This document shows positions 10,973 to 25,114 of a stretch of 64,000 nucleotides of DNA, one piece after another. Each line of letters starts with the position of its first letter. Positions within the stretch are counted from its first letter, which is position 1. A program made the translations under genes and the position numbers. The DNA is from Dimorphilus gyrociliatus (lineage: Eukaryota; Animalia; Annelida). Location of the stretch: assembly GCA_904063045.1 (NCBI GenBank), contig CAJFCJ010000014.1:1733643-1797642 (forward strand), written 5' to 3'. Below the pieces are notes generated by a model. It worked only from the letters and a program-made list of their open reading frames with translations. It was not told the DNA's origin and ran no database searches.

Positions 10973-13214
10973 ATGTCTTCATCAATCGTTATAGAACTAC
11001 TGAAAAGTGTCAATAAAGCAGCTTCACAAGACGATTTTGTCAATTTTTTGGGAAGTTCTTGTGGTAGAAATTTAATCCTAAATATTTTTAACAAAGGCGT
11101 AAAAGTAAGAATTGACTAAATTGTAAATTAATTTATTAAATGAAAATACTTTCATAGGGATTGGCAAACTTGAAGGAACTGATTGAATTGGTTGCATATA
11201 CAATACAATTTCTTTTAGATCGGATAAAAGAGGATGAACAAAGTATTGTTATTCTTTTATTTGTAAATATAAAATGAAAAGAAATTTTTAATAAGATAAA
11301 ATACTAGGGCGTACACACAATCGAACAACATGTTAGTAGAACGATTTATCTTTTTCTATTGATAGAAATATGCCATTTGAACTCTTTGCAATTTTTCATC
11401 AAAATAATCATAAAGTTACTCGAGTGCAAAAGATAATGCTATTAATTAAACTTAAATATTTCTTATTGAATTATTTATGTTAAACGTGGTTTGTCGTATT
11501 GAAAATATCATACTGATTTGTGAATATATTTTTGTTTTAGATAACTACGACCTAGAGTCTGTGGAACAATGCTTTACAGTACCAAAGAAGGTTGCAAAAC
11601 ACGTTTTATCGAATATACAAAAAGCGAATGATAAAGATAATGATGAAAATGTATTACATACTTCCAATGGTTTCTTAAAAGACATTGAGCTATTCAGACT
11701 AATTAACGATTTATTAATTATCTTATGTATCGAAGAATGTTCAACTCACAATGAAAAAGACACTAAAGATTGTATTTGTTTAAAGATACTCATTGATTTC
11801 TACAATTATCTAGAACAATGCAAGAGAAACAACATTCTGCACATCTTTCTCAGAACATTTTTCAAAATTTCCCGCGTGATTATTAATTATCATTCATCAA
11901 TGAATTATTGTACTTTTAATCAATTCGAAAAAATTCTAAAAACTCTAAAAACACTTGGAGAAATACAGGATTTTTGTCAAGAAACAATTATTGGATCATT
12001 TTGGATTTTAAAGAGCTTGTTAGAATTTTCTGACGTTTCTTCAATAACCGATATAGTAAGATCTGCTCATAATTTACTTGACAATTGGAATAACTTGGAA
12101 GAAGCTATGGACATGCATTTATTTAAGATAATATGTGGATTTATCAGCGATTTGAAAAAGGCTAAAGTTGAATTTTTACACGCTTGTCGATGTAGTAGAA
12201 TCAAGCACAAATCTTGTTTTAAACGTTATTCACATTTTACGCATCATCATCACGAAATTCTTAGTATCTATGATGATTGTATTATAAAGAGATTATCCAT
12301 TCTACTTATTTGTTTTTTGAATAAGTGCGATGATTTAGCTCTTACAATAACGATTGGAGAAATAAGAAAATGTGGCTTATGCTGTTGCTTATCTGTGGAG
12401 AATCTAACTTGCATTTTAGACAAGAATAAAGAAGATAGTCAACTATTAATTAATTGGATAGCCAACACTGTACTATACGAATTAGGTGGATATGATGCCG
12501 AATATTCTTTCTGTTCAAAATGCCAAAAATCAACGTTAGATCGTTGGAATTCCTTATCAAAGTTAATTAATTACACTGATCCAAAGAATACTACATTGAA
12601 AACGGATAATTTTAAAAGAATTGACCTAACAAAAATAGAAGATTTAGTTAAATACGGAAGTGACAATTTAATAAAAAGTTTATTGGAAAATATTTATGCA
12701 CAAATCGTTAAAGAATCAGGATTAAATTTTCACGATAGAATTCTTAATCATATTCTCAACGTATTTGTTCTCTGCCAAAAAAATTTAAAATTATGTGACT
12801 TTTTCCTTGATAAAATTGGAGTACGAATATTTCAATTGAATAGCTCGTGTCTGAATTTAGTGTTCAAATGTTTCCTCAAAATAATCTCTATAAAAAAGAA
12901 CAACGTTCAAGATATTGCTGAAATTATCTTTAAAGTAACAAAAAAACCAGGATTAACTACTGAAGAATCTACAGAATTATGGAAATCAGTTCATCTATTA
13001 ATATATTATAATGAAAATGCAAGAAACCTTTTTGTTAAAGGTAACGGAACGCGAGATGCTCTTGATACAGCTAAATCATGCATTGAAAAATTCGAAACTG
13101 ATAAAAACGAAGATTTAGTTTCAAACTTTTCTATTGCCTTTGCATGTTCTGTTCTATCATGCTTAGGGGTAAGTATAACAACTATAATACATTTGTTGAC
13201 AATGTATAGATACA

Positions 13215-13257
<43 letters not shown>

Positions 13258-16200
13258 TATTTTGCACGTAGTTCCCCTCGGCTAAAGGTCATGTTGTATC
13301 GGAAATACGCAAAGCATTGAAGTCCAATTTAAAGACATTACAAAAGAAATTAGTATGCGATCATCTCTTTCATCTTATACTTCTGAAAGAATTGAATAAC
13401 AAATCCCAGCCAAAATTCCTTCCACCTACAGATGCTAGTCAAATAAAATTTCAAACCAAAAAGAATTATGATGATGGCAGCGATTACGATGAATCATTCT
13501 CAAATGATACAGGTTATTATTATAATAAATATTACGTGTACCGTTATTCAAGTGTTAATAACCTAGTAAATTTTCCGTTTTTTTAGCCTCATATTTGGAA
13601 TTTTCTATCGAACCGATCAAACTTATTCATTTTGAATTTATTGAACTTTGTTTGACCTTATCCGATTCTCATGAAAATGATTATGATCAATATGTGCTAA
13701 TGAAAATAAGAGAGTTAATTAGAAATTCCAAGTCGATAAGAACTTATTATATTGAGAACAATCTACCAAAATTGCTATTAGACAAATACTTGCAAGTTGA
13801 CGACGATGGTCTGTATCATTAAATTGAATCTTTCAAATAATGTATTTTTTAATATTTCCAATAAAACTAGATATTCGAAGAGAATGCTTGAATGTTTATA
13901 TGGAACTAATTATTGAAGATATGAATTCTTATTTATTATCCGAGTTTATTCGATTATTATTTCATAAAACTACGAAAAACATTGACCCATTTTTGGATAT
14001 ACTTTTAAAACATTCAGATTTTGAACAATCACCATCGTTTTATCTTCAGTTTCCAATGATTAAATTAAAGGAGACGGAGCCGAACCAAACTGAAATAAGT
14101 CCAAGTGATTCAAGTATTCCACAAATGTTCAAGGAATCATCGACGTGTTTAAAAGTTGAGGAAAAAATCATTTGGCCTTCTGTTGGTTCTGATTGGTCAA
14201 TATCAATTTGGATTGCATTTCATAAAGAATTGGAAAGTAAGATAGACTGTAAGGAAATGTTTATTTTTAGTTTTGGAAGTGAAAATTTTATAATTGAAAT
14301 ATGGTGGAATGTTCAAAAGATGAGAATTTTTTACAAGTTTGTCTAGAAAGAAATGATTACTTAATTAAAAAGTTAATTATTCTTTTATATGACAGATTTA
14401 TATATAAGGAAAATTCAGAAAACTTTGAATTAAAATATAACTTACAATCTAATGGAAAATGGAAAAATTATTGCTTTTCATATTTTGAAAGAAATGTAGA
14501 CAAAGTTAAAGAATTTACGGTAAAAAAATTATATATTTTTAATGAAATTAACTTCTTTTAAAACAATTTAAATAAATATAGCTGATATTATTTGTTGATG
14601 GAAAAGAAGTTGACAAAGTTACAAGCTGCTATACAAACATAACAAATACCTCAATAAGTCAATTTCTAATCGGGCATTGTCTCCAATCGCCCATTGATTC
14701 AATTATTACAACTTCTACCTATCATCTAAGTACATTAATGTTCTTTCAAGATGTAACACTAAGCAAAGAAAAAGCAATGTTTATGTATATTTTGGGGCCA
14801 AATACTGATAACTTGTTCGAATGCGACAATTTACAAACAAATATTGGATTTGTACATTCTGTTTTAGTAAAACATATTTTGGAAAGTGGCTTAGATGTTG
14901 AAGGAGTTTTGGAAAGGATAAATGATAATTATCACATTTTAAGGGTAAGATATTTACAATTTTCCAATTGAATGAATGCAACCAAAAATAACCAAAACTA
15001 TGTACAGAAACACGTTAAATTGATATACAACGCTCGTTGTCCAAAATCCTATTGCCTTCTAAATGTGCCGGACCCGAATCCACTTCCTTTTGCTTCTAAT
15101 TCAATAGATAAAGCAATTATGGAGCATCCGTTAGAACTACAAGCCGATACTGTTATGTTGGAGAGTAAACGGTCGAATTCTATTGAAGAGTCGCTGATTT
15201 GTATTGGTGGAGCAGAATTATTATTATTTTTATATGCCAAGGTAAATTGTTTTTTTTTTGTTTTTTTTCCAAAAACTATTGAATATGTGTTTATTTTCAT
15301 CAGACTGTAGAAATGTCGAACGATTCCCAGAGTCAGACGAAAAGCTTGCAATTATTACTGGAAATTGCTAAACGTAGTCGAACAATTGCCAAAGAATTTG
15401 ACGGATTGTCAAGTTATGAATTACTAATAAAAGTTTTCTCAACTGATTTATTTATCATGTCAGCTGATTTTTTAAAGGTTATAATTTTCTTCAATCGCAT
15501 AATAATTACCTTATTTAAAGATAAAAATTTACTATTATTAGATTCTTATGGATGCTGCTTATAATGAATCAGTTATTATTATAAAAGAAACGCTTACAGT
15601 TAAAAATTCGACCAGTTTTTGCGTTTTGGACGCTCGTATTGTAACAGAAATATTTCTAGCTTGGAAATTATGGATTCAATACGAAGATTTATGGATTTAT
15701 GCTTTAAAGTCAATCGAAATTCTTCTTGACGATACGAATAGATGTAAAATATATAATGTTAAAATGTTGAGCGAATTAGAATTCTTGGAAAAATTAAAAA
15801 ATATGTGTTTAGAGTGTAAACAAGAAGCTGATTTTAAGAGTTTCTTCTCACCAAATATTTGCCAACTTCTAATTTCTATATTTAGAAAAATATTAAGGGC
15901 CGTAAGCGATGTACATGCAGTGGTAACCATTGCCGATCTACTCCTACTTTTACACCCTGCTGCACTAACTTACGTTCAACATTCCCCCTCTGGTTTTTAC
16001 TTTAATCCTAGCTGGCGTAAGTATATAGAAAATAAATTCATAAGGAACATACTAGTTTAGACTAATATTGTTTTATCTAGTAAGAAGGAAGTCGATAAGA
16101 AGAAGTGATCGAATATATATTTATTCAACTTCGTCTTCATGTTCAACACTTAAACAGTCGAATGACCATAATCAGAACTTGGAAGATCCTGAAATTGAGA

Positions 16201-17765
16201 ATAGGACTCCTTCGTCAAATTCAGCTAACACTAGTAGTACTGGTTCCGAATGGGAGCTATTACCAAATGCAGAGTCTACTCAATCAGTTACGGTTAACAT
16301 TAAGAAAACACCTGGCGAGGTTCACGTACCGGAGGAGGAAGATATTGGTTTAGTACAACTGTGCTCTGGATTGTTAGAAGCTGTCGATGATGTACTTTAT
16401 TCTATGGATAAGAAAGATGTAGAAAGAATATTCAAAGTAGTTGTTAAAGCTGATTTTATAATAATTCTCGCTCAGCATTCTGCTGATTGTGTTAGACTTA
16501 CTGCTTGTAAGGTAAGAATAAATTAGCTTCTTAATCATAAGAGTGATTATTCATAAACTATATAATCTTTAAATTTTATAATTCAGCTTATGAAAACGTT
16601 TCTGAAAATGGCCAATTGCGCCCAAATTGAGAAGCTTAGAGAGCAATACGCTTTCCAACTATTAGCTTTCCAGTTACATCAACACAATGTTTGCAGTCGT
16701 ATAGTGGATTGTCTATTATCAATTTGCTTTGAAAGGGATTTAACTCTATATGAACTATAGTAATTTATTTTTGTTATATCTTTAAACTTTAGAGATCAAC
16801 TGTCTTTTAATAATATTTTGCTATTCTTTTTTTAGTTCATCCCCGAATTTAGTCAATAATATTACACTCCATGAAATATCAATCCATTCTTTAATCGCTT
16901 ACATTGCTCTACTGGAAAATTGCTGTACAGATAATCCTAAATTATGTTGTAATATGCTGGACGTTTTATCAACTGTATTACTACCGAAAAAGCCTATATA
17001 TAATCTGCTAAGAACTAATTTTCTATGCACGGTATTATGTAACGTGCTCTACAAAGCTACAAGTTTTTGCGAAAATGATAAAATATTCGATTCAGTTGGA
17101 AATTGTTTTCGAACTATCATACTACTCGATTTTAAGTGAGGTTTTAACATAGATTTTTAATAGCTTTTCAATTTTGTTCAATAATCTTTTTTTTAGCGAA
17201 GACGATCCCAAAACATTGTGTCTTTTTAAAGAAATAATAACGCTTTTAAGATCTCTAATAGAAAAAGCTACTGAGAATAGAGTTATTTTTGAAAGAATTA
17301 TTTGCAATTGTTTCCTTCACGTGTTTGAGTTCTGTATGGATTTAAAATTAAAACTTGAAAAGAAAAACGATGTAGACGTTGGCAATCACGCTCAACGTTT
17401 ATTAACAATAATAGTATTTGCTACGGAATATATTGTATATGATGGTATGTTTTCCTCTTTTTATATCTAATTAATATAATGTTTTTTTTTGGTTTAACTT
17501 CAGATTTAAGTTACGAAGATAAATTCGAAAGAAAGTATACTTGTGATCATACAAAGCTAACTAAATATTTCTTACAATTCCTTTTAAAGTATACACACAT
17601 TTGTTTAGTAAGTAAAAACAATTGTATTTATTTTGTTATTAATTATATAAGAATTATAAATATTGTTTAGAAGCGATTTAGTCCGTTCCATTCCAAAAAT
17701 TCTCTCAAAGTTTTATACGACAATAAAGACGTTGTATTTTCACAAGTAAGACAACCATAACATAG

Positions 17766-17798
<33 letters not shown>

Positions 17799-20700
17799 AA
17801 TAATATTTTGTTTAGCTCTCTACATTGATTGGACATATCTTAAAAACAAGTAATGATCACACATTGAGCCTACACTCCTTACAACTACTTGCCAATGATC
17901 TCCACAGTCGAAGTATTTTACAGAATATATCAAGTTTACAACAATTAGTAAGTATCAATGAGTCTTCCAATTGTCATAACATTGTGTGTTAATGCAATAA
18001 AACCTCTTAGGGTCAAAAGATGATGTCATATATCACAAATATTTTGGAATCTTTTGATCGAATCAAATTAACTCAGGCAACTTGTGAAGAATTGGAAGAA
18101 ATCTCTGGATGGCTGAAGCGAAACTTTTATATCGCAAAAAATGTGAATATTGTTAATAAAATTATTTAAGTAAATAATAATTTCTATTCTTTTTAATTAG
18201 CAAACTCAAGAAATTTCAACAAAAAAACAAGAAGTTTTTGAAGAAAATTGTCGATCTGTTATCGATAAATATCAGAGAGCGATTGATGAACATTCAACAG
18301 AATTATCAGATCAAGCAATGCATGTAACTCAAAGAGTTGTTAACGAACAAAACAAATTGAGAAAACGATTATTAGCCTCTATAAAAATCAGTTTATCCGC
18401 TCAAGTTTTGTCTAGAATAAGATGGCAAAGGATCGTTGATGATCTGAGCCATGAGAGGGCTTCTTGCTACGCCGAGCATATATACCCAATGTCCTGGGAA
18501 TTAGACCCGACGGAAGGACCGATGAGAGTTAGAAAAAGGTTAAAGAGGTGCTCGTTAGGTGTTAACAAAAGATTTTTGTTGGATGATGAACGATGGAAAT
18601 TAGAGGAATTGAGATGCAAACAACCTTTATCTTACCTGTTTGAAACTCAAACCTCAGATTCAGAAGCATTAATCTATCAGCTACATACTAATGAAAAGTT
18701 GTCATTAACTGCACGATGCTTGCATGTTCAACCTGCAAGAGAGGTAAATGGAGAGCTTCTTCTGGGAGAAAAATCTCTCTATTTTATCGGAGACAATGTT
18801 CAATCAATAACTTTACCGTTTGACGGTATTAAAAGCGTTCTTAAAAGACGGCACGCTCTAAGAGATGTTGCATTAGAAGTATTTTTAATCGACGGAACAA
18901 CTTGTCTCTTCGCTCTGAGTACATCAAGTGAAAGAGACGAAGTAGTAAATAATTTATTAATGAATGAACTGCCGAATCTAATAACAATAGAGAACATCGA
19001 TCAAGTACAAAAGATGTGGAATGAAAGAGAGATAACGAATTTTGAATATTTAATTCACTTGAATACTTTATCAGGTAGAAGTTACAACGACTTAATGCAA
19101 TATTTTGTCTTTCCATTCGTTTTATCAAATTACGATGAAGAGATATTAGATCTAAAGGATTCAAAAAATTATAGAATCATGGCCAAGCCCATATCTGTTC
19201 AATTTAAGGAATGCGAAGCCAAATACCTACAAACTTATAAATATTTAGAGAAACAATACGAAGAAATTTGCCATTTAGGTTCTAAATTCGAAGATGAAGC
19301 CTTTCGACCGAAACCTCATCATTACGGTTCACACTACAGTAATTCAGGAACAGTTCTTCACTTTTTAGTTAGATTACCTCCCTTTACACAAATGTTTCTA
19401 GAATATCAAGATAATAATTTTGATTTGCCGGATAGGACTTTTCATTCAATGGCTACTTCGTGGAGACTATCCGCATCTGATTCAACAACGGACTTCAAAG
19501 AATTAATACCTGAGTTTTTCTTTCTACCTGAATTTTTAATGAATAAGGAAGGTTTTAATTTTGGAGTTCGTCAAAATGGTACTTCAGTTTCATCTGTAGC
19601 CTTACCGGATTGGTGCGAAAATAATGCTAGATATTTCATTATGATACTTCGACAGGCTTTAGAATCAAATTTTGTCAGTTCAACTATATCAAATTGGATT
19701 GATCTTGTTTTTGGTTATAAACAAACAGGTAAAGCAGCTGTTGAAGCTATAAATGTCTTTCATCCAATGACTTATTATGGTGTAAATTTTGAGAGTATCG
19801 AAGATACTATGAAAAGAATAGCCGTTCAAACAATGATTAAGACTTATGGCCAAACTCCAAAACAGTTATTTATATCACCGCACGTTTCACCAAAGATTCC
19901 AAATGAGATATTATCCATTCTTGATCCTCCATCCGCTCTTCCCGGCGTCTGTGGTATTAAGTGGGGAAAGTATGTTGGAAGTCCCGAATATCCTCCTCCT
20001 GTTGAAATATGGAGAAAGTTTTATCAAACTCCAGTTGAACATTTGGTTGCATCTGTCACTGGTCAAGTTTTCGGATTAGAGAAATATTCGAGTTTAGTGA
20101 CGAAATATAGTAAAAAAGAGAAGACTAAAGAAGAACTTTGGGCAGCTCTGGTGCTATGGAATAATGTTGATAGCGTTCTAAGAATAACGAAAAAGCGAAA
20201 ACTACCTCCTGTTAATTTAGTACAATGGCAAATAGGTGGTGCAAGGCCAACTTGCTGTGCCGCGGTACATCCTTGTAGATTATTACTATTCGGAACGGAT
20301 ACAGGACTAATATGTATCTTTAAAATAAGGTTAGTCGCCATACTATAATTAGCACGTCTTTTTTTATCGTTTCTCCATTAATAGATATACAACGGGAAAT
20401 GCTAGTTGTATACAAGTAAGAGGTGGTTCAGAACTATTAAAGTTATATGGACATTCGAAAAAAGTTAATCAAATACAAGCTTGTTCCGCTTTTTCAATAT
20501 TTGCTAGTTGTAGCGAAGATAAAACAATAATTATATGGGATTTGAATAAGTAGGCTTACAATTTTTTCCAAATTAAACCCTAAGACTTATCAGTTTCTTT
20601 TTATCTTTTTCTATTAGATTAATTTATGTAAGATCCATACAAACTCACGAATGTCCTGTTCATGTATTGGCAATTAGCGAAACACTTGGTGATATTGCTA

Positions 20701-21152
20701 CAGCTAGTTATCTACGTAAGTCTTTACAAATTCATTTGTCATATGAGATCAAATTTTGAAGGTTTTTTTGTTTATTCTTAATTTTAGCGGATGGTAGAAG
20801 TGATCTTCAAGTTCATACAATTAATGGTGAACTAGTTGGTAAAGTTAAAACAGATGAAAAAATAACAACAATCACCTATTCGAAAACACCCGAAGGTCAA
20901 TCCGTTAATGCCATTGTTTGTGGATTTAGTAACGGATTAATAAGATTCTATTCTAGTTGGACTGTCAAATTAATAAGGGAGCTAGGAGTATTAAGAAATT
21001 CAATATCATCTTTGGCATACTCGGCCGATTCGCAAATTTTATTTGCAAGCTGTTCAGACGGCCTAGTTTTGGCTTTCGATAACTCTGGACACAATGGAAA
21101 AAATGTAAAATTTAAGACGCTTTTAAAGGAATCTTTTAAATTGTACACTTGA
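10973..21152 (+). CDS. LYST: Lysosomal trafficking regulator (Chediak-Higashi, ARM-ConA-PH-BEACH-WD40)
   Basis: WELDPTEGPMRVRKRL, PH domain, BEACH motifs (TNFEYL..LNTLSGRSYNDLMQYFVFPF, HYGSHYSNSGTVLHFLVR, FDLPDRTFHS, KELIPEFF, WIDLVFGYKQTG, TYGQTPKQLF) and C-terminal WD40 ending PEGQSVNAIVCGFSNGLIRFYSSW, which is LYST-specific. Predicted first exon 10973-11104; N-terminal exon structure less certain. Confidence 0.92.
13221..13252. repeat. (TA)16 microsatellite in a LYST intron
   Basis: Direct reading. Confidence 0.9.
17774..17798. repeat. (AT)n microsatellite in a LYST intron
   Basis: Direct reading. Confidence 0.85.
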
Positions 21153-21478
21153 ATGATAAAAAAAGAAAACAAAGAGGAAGAGCTTAGTATGAACACAAAA
21201 AAATAATAAAAAAAGACACTTATAATAAATAAAGTCTCCTCCTTATTAAACATATATAATATACATTTTGTATGTACTATATAAACTTATCAACATATTT
21301 ATAAGATAAGCTATATACGGTATATATGTTTAATTACAATTATTTAGATCTTTTTTTGATTTTATTATTTTTAGTTTTATCTTTTATTTTCTTTTACTTA
21401 ATTTGACTTTTTAATTAGATTACCAAAGGTTTAAAATAGAAAGAAAGAATATATATATATATATTTATACTAATATTA

Positions 21479-21518
<40 letters not shown>
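21479..21518. repeat. Compound (AT)11(AG)9 microsatellite between the convergent LYST and Reeler 3' ends
   Basis: Direct reading. Confidence 0.9.
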
Positions 21519-21519
<1 letters not shown>

Positions 21520-21782
21520 AACTTAATTACTTATGTGTTCATCATAAATAATCTTCTATAGTATTCATATATTTTTTTAATGGAATTTAATTTTAGTCGA
21601 AATGAGATCTATGTAAAGCTATTATTAGTATTAATATATATGTATATGTATATTAATACTGTATATTTACGATATATACACTTGTCTATTTGTATGCTAG
21701 AAACAATTTGAAATTACAAAAGCCATTTTTTATATGTTTTTTTTAAATAGTTTAATCAATTTATCATCTTTTTTAAAAATCT

Positions 21783-22453
21783 TCATGGCAGTGATGCAGG
21801 AAATCTAACCCAAAAGGTATCGAATAATCTAACTACCGAAACGCTACAATTTTTTATTGATTTAATTAGTAAATATTTATCAATGAAAAAATGTATATGT
21901 TAATAAATACTTACAAAATTTGAACATTATCTGTATTTGCTCCATTTGGATTCCAAGTTACAGAAATGGACTTTTTACTAACAGCGTTAGCATGGGTGGC
22001 ACTGTTATCTGTTCCTCCGTTGCAAGTCAAACCAGTAGATCTAAATTATTATAGAGTAATTGAATTTTGACTTGAATTAATCCTTATGAATTTAATAATT
22101 TCCTTACTCGTTGTTAAAGCCTTCAAATTTTCCTATTGGTGTTCTGTCAGTTCCTCTTCTGGCTTGCATAAGAAATCCTCTGAAGACATCATCTCCAGTA
22201 GCGGAGAGGGTTACTGTTTCAAAAAGTAATGTCAGTGTAATAGTCGTAATAAAGTTTTTATCAATTTATACAGAGTTTTTTTATTACCTTTATAGTTATC
22301 ACCATCTTTAGTAACTTCAACAGTATATGGAAAAGGCGAAGTTTGTGGACTAACTAAATGCAAAGGTGTTAAGTCCTCACAAGCCTCTTCAGGTGCTCCG
22401 CTGGGAAAAGCAGACACATAGGTGATTAGGAGTAGAAGACCGAGAAATTTCAT
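21783..22453 (-). CDS. Secreted Reeler-domain protein (defense protein / FRRS1 N-terminal-like), 4 exons, ~150 aa
   Basis: Signal peptide MKFLGLLLLITYVSA, then FPSGAP..AC..LTPLH, FRGFLMQAR, IGKF, C...SATHAN, SVTWNP, SVVRLFDTFWV: the Reeler signature. Confidence 0.9.
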
Positions 22454-23438
22454 ATTTATAATAATCAATATGAATTAAAATTTTCAAAAATCATCTTTTT
22501 ATAAGACTTTTGATTAATCCTCAAAATCACGTGGCCAGTACATTTAACGAACATTTGGTAAATTCACATGAAAGTAGATAAATGATTGTCAAAAATTTGT
22601 GGCACATATTCAAAAATTGACCGGCTGAATTATTTTATCAAGTTTTCATCATTATTCATGACCTCTTTATCAGGGCTAGATATAATATATTTCACACAAA
22701 CACAATTGATAATAAATAGGTCATAAACCTTATTTTCCACCTTATAATCAAATGTTGTAAGACTTTCTTTAAAAAAAGAATTGCAAGAATAACGAAACAT
22801 AAAGTTTAATATGCTAATTAGGTAGATAGACAGTCGTAAACTTTTTGGGTGCAATGATAAGACAATTCTTTGGCCTATATAGCCTGTCTTTATGCGTATG
22901 TAAATTATATATATGTCTTTACTGTACATTATATACATATATATAAATAATTTAGAACGCACTTAAAAAATTAGATACAAATAAGAAACACACACATTCA
23001 ATTTAATTTAAACAGTTACAAGAACAGTAGGACACAGTTCAATTTAAAAAAAATGAATTTGGCAGTAGATTCAAGTTATATTAAAATTAAAAAAAAGTAG
23101 CTTATTGGCGTGAATGAATTGGATTTAATACGACAATTTATCTAAAGTACAAGTTCCAATTGCACCAATTTTCTTTTTTATACTAATAGTTCTTTGATCT
23201 TATTGATTTCAACCAGATTTTTCTATCGTTCGTTGAACTTGTATTAAAATAGAGAACAATTAAACAAGGTCAACCTAAAATTGCTGTTTGTTTATATAAC
23301 AAAGTTTAGGTCTTTTTTTTATAATTAACTTTAATTAGTTGTATTCATATTATAAATTCTATAGATACTAATATATACATATTTATTAATTCATTGTAGT
23401 TTTCATATTGAACTTGGATAAAGCGTAACTTCCCTTAA

Positions 23439-25114
23439 TCATTCTGGTATAATTGAATGAAAAGCATCGGCCATTGCCCCAACAGCTCCCAAATATCCAA
23501 CTGGTTCAACAAAAACAACTTTCAGTTTTCCCTATTCAATTAGGATTATGAATTTTTTTTAATTATAAACTTTTTCAATTCAACTTATAAAACCTTGAAG
23601 AAACCTTGACATTGGTTAACAGTTTTTAGGCATATTCGCCTAATTGGATTATATGTCATAAAGTTACCGCAAACGTAGGCAACCTTAATGTCTTCTGTTT
23701 TGGCGGCCAAATACATCATTCTAGTATTATTTGATACTGTCGAATGAAGGATTGATGATACAACATCTTCTGTCTTAATATCTATTAAAATAGCGTTTGT
23801 TTTTTACTTTTCAATAAAAAAAAGTTTATAATTAAATAGAAGCAAAGAGAAAAGTCTAGTTTCTTCTCTTTTAAATATTTTAATGAAGACCTTTTATATC
23901 TACAATGTCCAGAGAGACTTTTCCAAATTTCGATGATAATAGACTACCACTGTAGTTGCCGTAGTTGTAGGTCGTTTCCTTTATTTGATAACTATCCATC
24001 TCTAATTCGCAAAGTTTGTCAAAGTGTTTATGTAAGTCTTTAATACATAGATCAACTTTCCAATTATCTCCGGAAGTAGCCATTTTTATTGCTTCTAAAT
24101 GATTTAACTGCGCGAATAAAGTTAATGTAAAAAAAATAGAAGAAAAGTGATAAGTTAAGGTCTACAAACGTTACTCATTTGAGAGATTAATCTTGACAAA
24201 CCAAGAAAACTACTTCCGCCCTCTCCACTTGCAGCCAACATTTTTATATCATTAACATCATTACCAACTTTTAAAAATTGTCCACTAGAACCAAATGAAG
24301 CTATCATAACGTTTTGTATTGGAATGTTGTTTATTCTCTTATCATCGTATATAAAAAGTGGTTTGTCAACATTTTTTGACATAAAATATAAACCCTTAGC
24401 TAAAGTTGTTAGTTCGTTGTCGTTAATATTCATCCTATGCAAATTAAAAACGATATTTGAATATTTATGAGGTATAGTTAAAGTTTATAAAATATAAAAA
24501 AAACTACTCTATATTTAAGGTATGCTCAAAAATTTTCTTGTAACTTCTTATTGAAATTCCACATCCGGAACATTTTATAATATCGCCCTTAAGCGTTTCT
24601 AGGAAGTTTTTCAAACTTTGAAATTCTTCTTTGTTGAACATTTTAAAGGTAATTATCTATTTTATTTAAAAGAGAGAGAGGGAGGGAGAGAGAGAGGGAG
24701 ATGAAAGAGATAGAATATATTTTCAATGAGAGAAAGAATACAAACGTTTCGTCTAGCAATACTCATCTTGATAAGGGTTGTTCCTAGTCATGAATATTTA
24801 TTCAGCCGTTGACATTTGCCAAAAAGAGAAATGAATATATTAGATGAAAAATAGTAATAATTTTCATTGTTTAATACAAAACATATCATTTAAGTAAGTG
24901 CACTTTGTAGGAAAATCCTCCTTACAAGTTTAGACTTAACCCTTTCATCCTTCGAAATATTTATTATAATTACATATCGCTGTCTTTAACTAGCTGGAGA
25001 ATAAGTTATATAGATTGTTTCCTACTTACCAACATCAACACCTAAGATAATACCATCTTTTTTCCAATAATCTTCTTTTAATAGTAAAGTTTCTTCAGTT
25101 TCATTATCATTCAT
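23439..25114 (-). CDS. Divergent type II pantothenate kinase-like (Fumble/PANK fold) protein, 7 exons
   Basis: Spliced product has LGVDVG|TTLIK, NELTTLAKGL, ASFGSS, GGSSFLGL, EAIKMATSGDNWKVD, LLSSKFGK, EDVVSSIL, YVCGNF, GKLKVVFVEPVGYLGAVGA, in PANK motif order. Confidence 0.85.
24671..24700. repeat. Purine (GA/GGA) tract in a PANK-like intron
   Basis: AGAGAGAGAGGGAGGGAGAGAGAGAGGGAG. Confidence 0.8.

Noticed and set aside
10801-11094. 97-aa minus-strand ORF
   Set aside because: Antisense shadow of LYST exon 1 and its promoter.
22630-22962. 110-aa minus-strand ORF between PANK-like and Reeler genes
   Set aside because: Low-complexity AT-rich translation that cannot be linked in phase to either gene.
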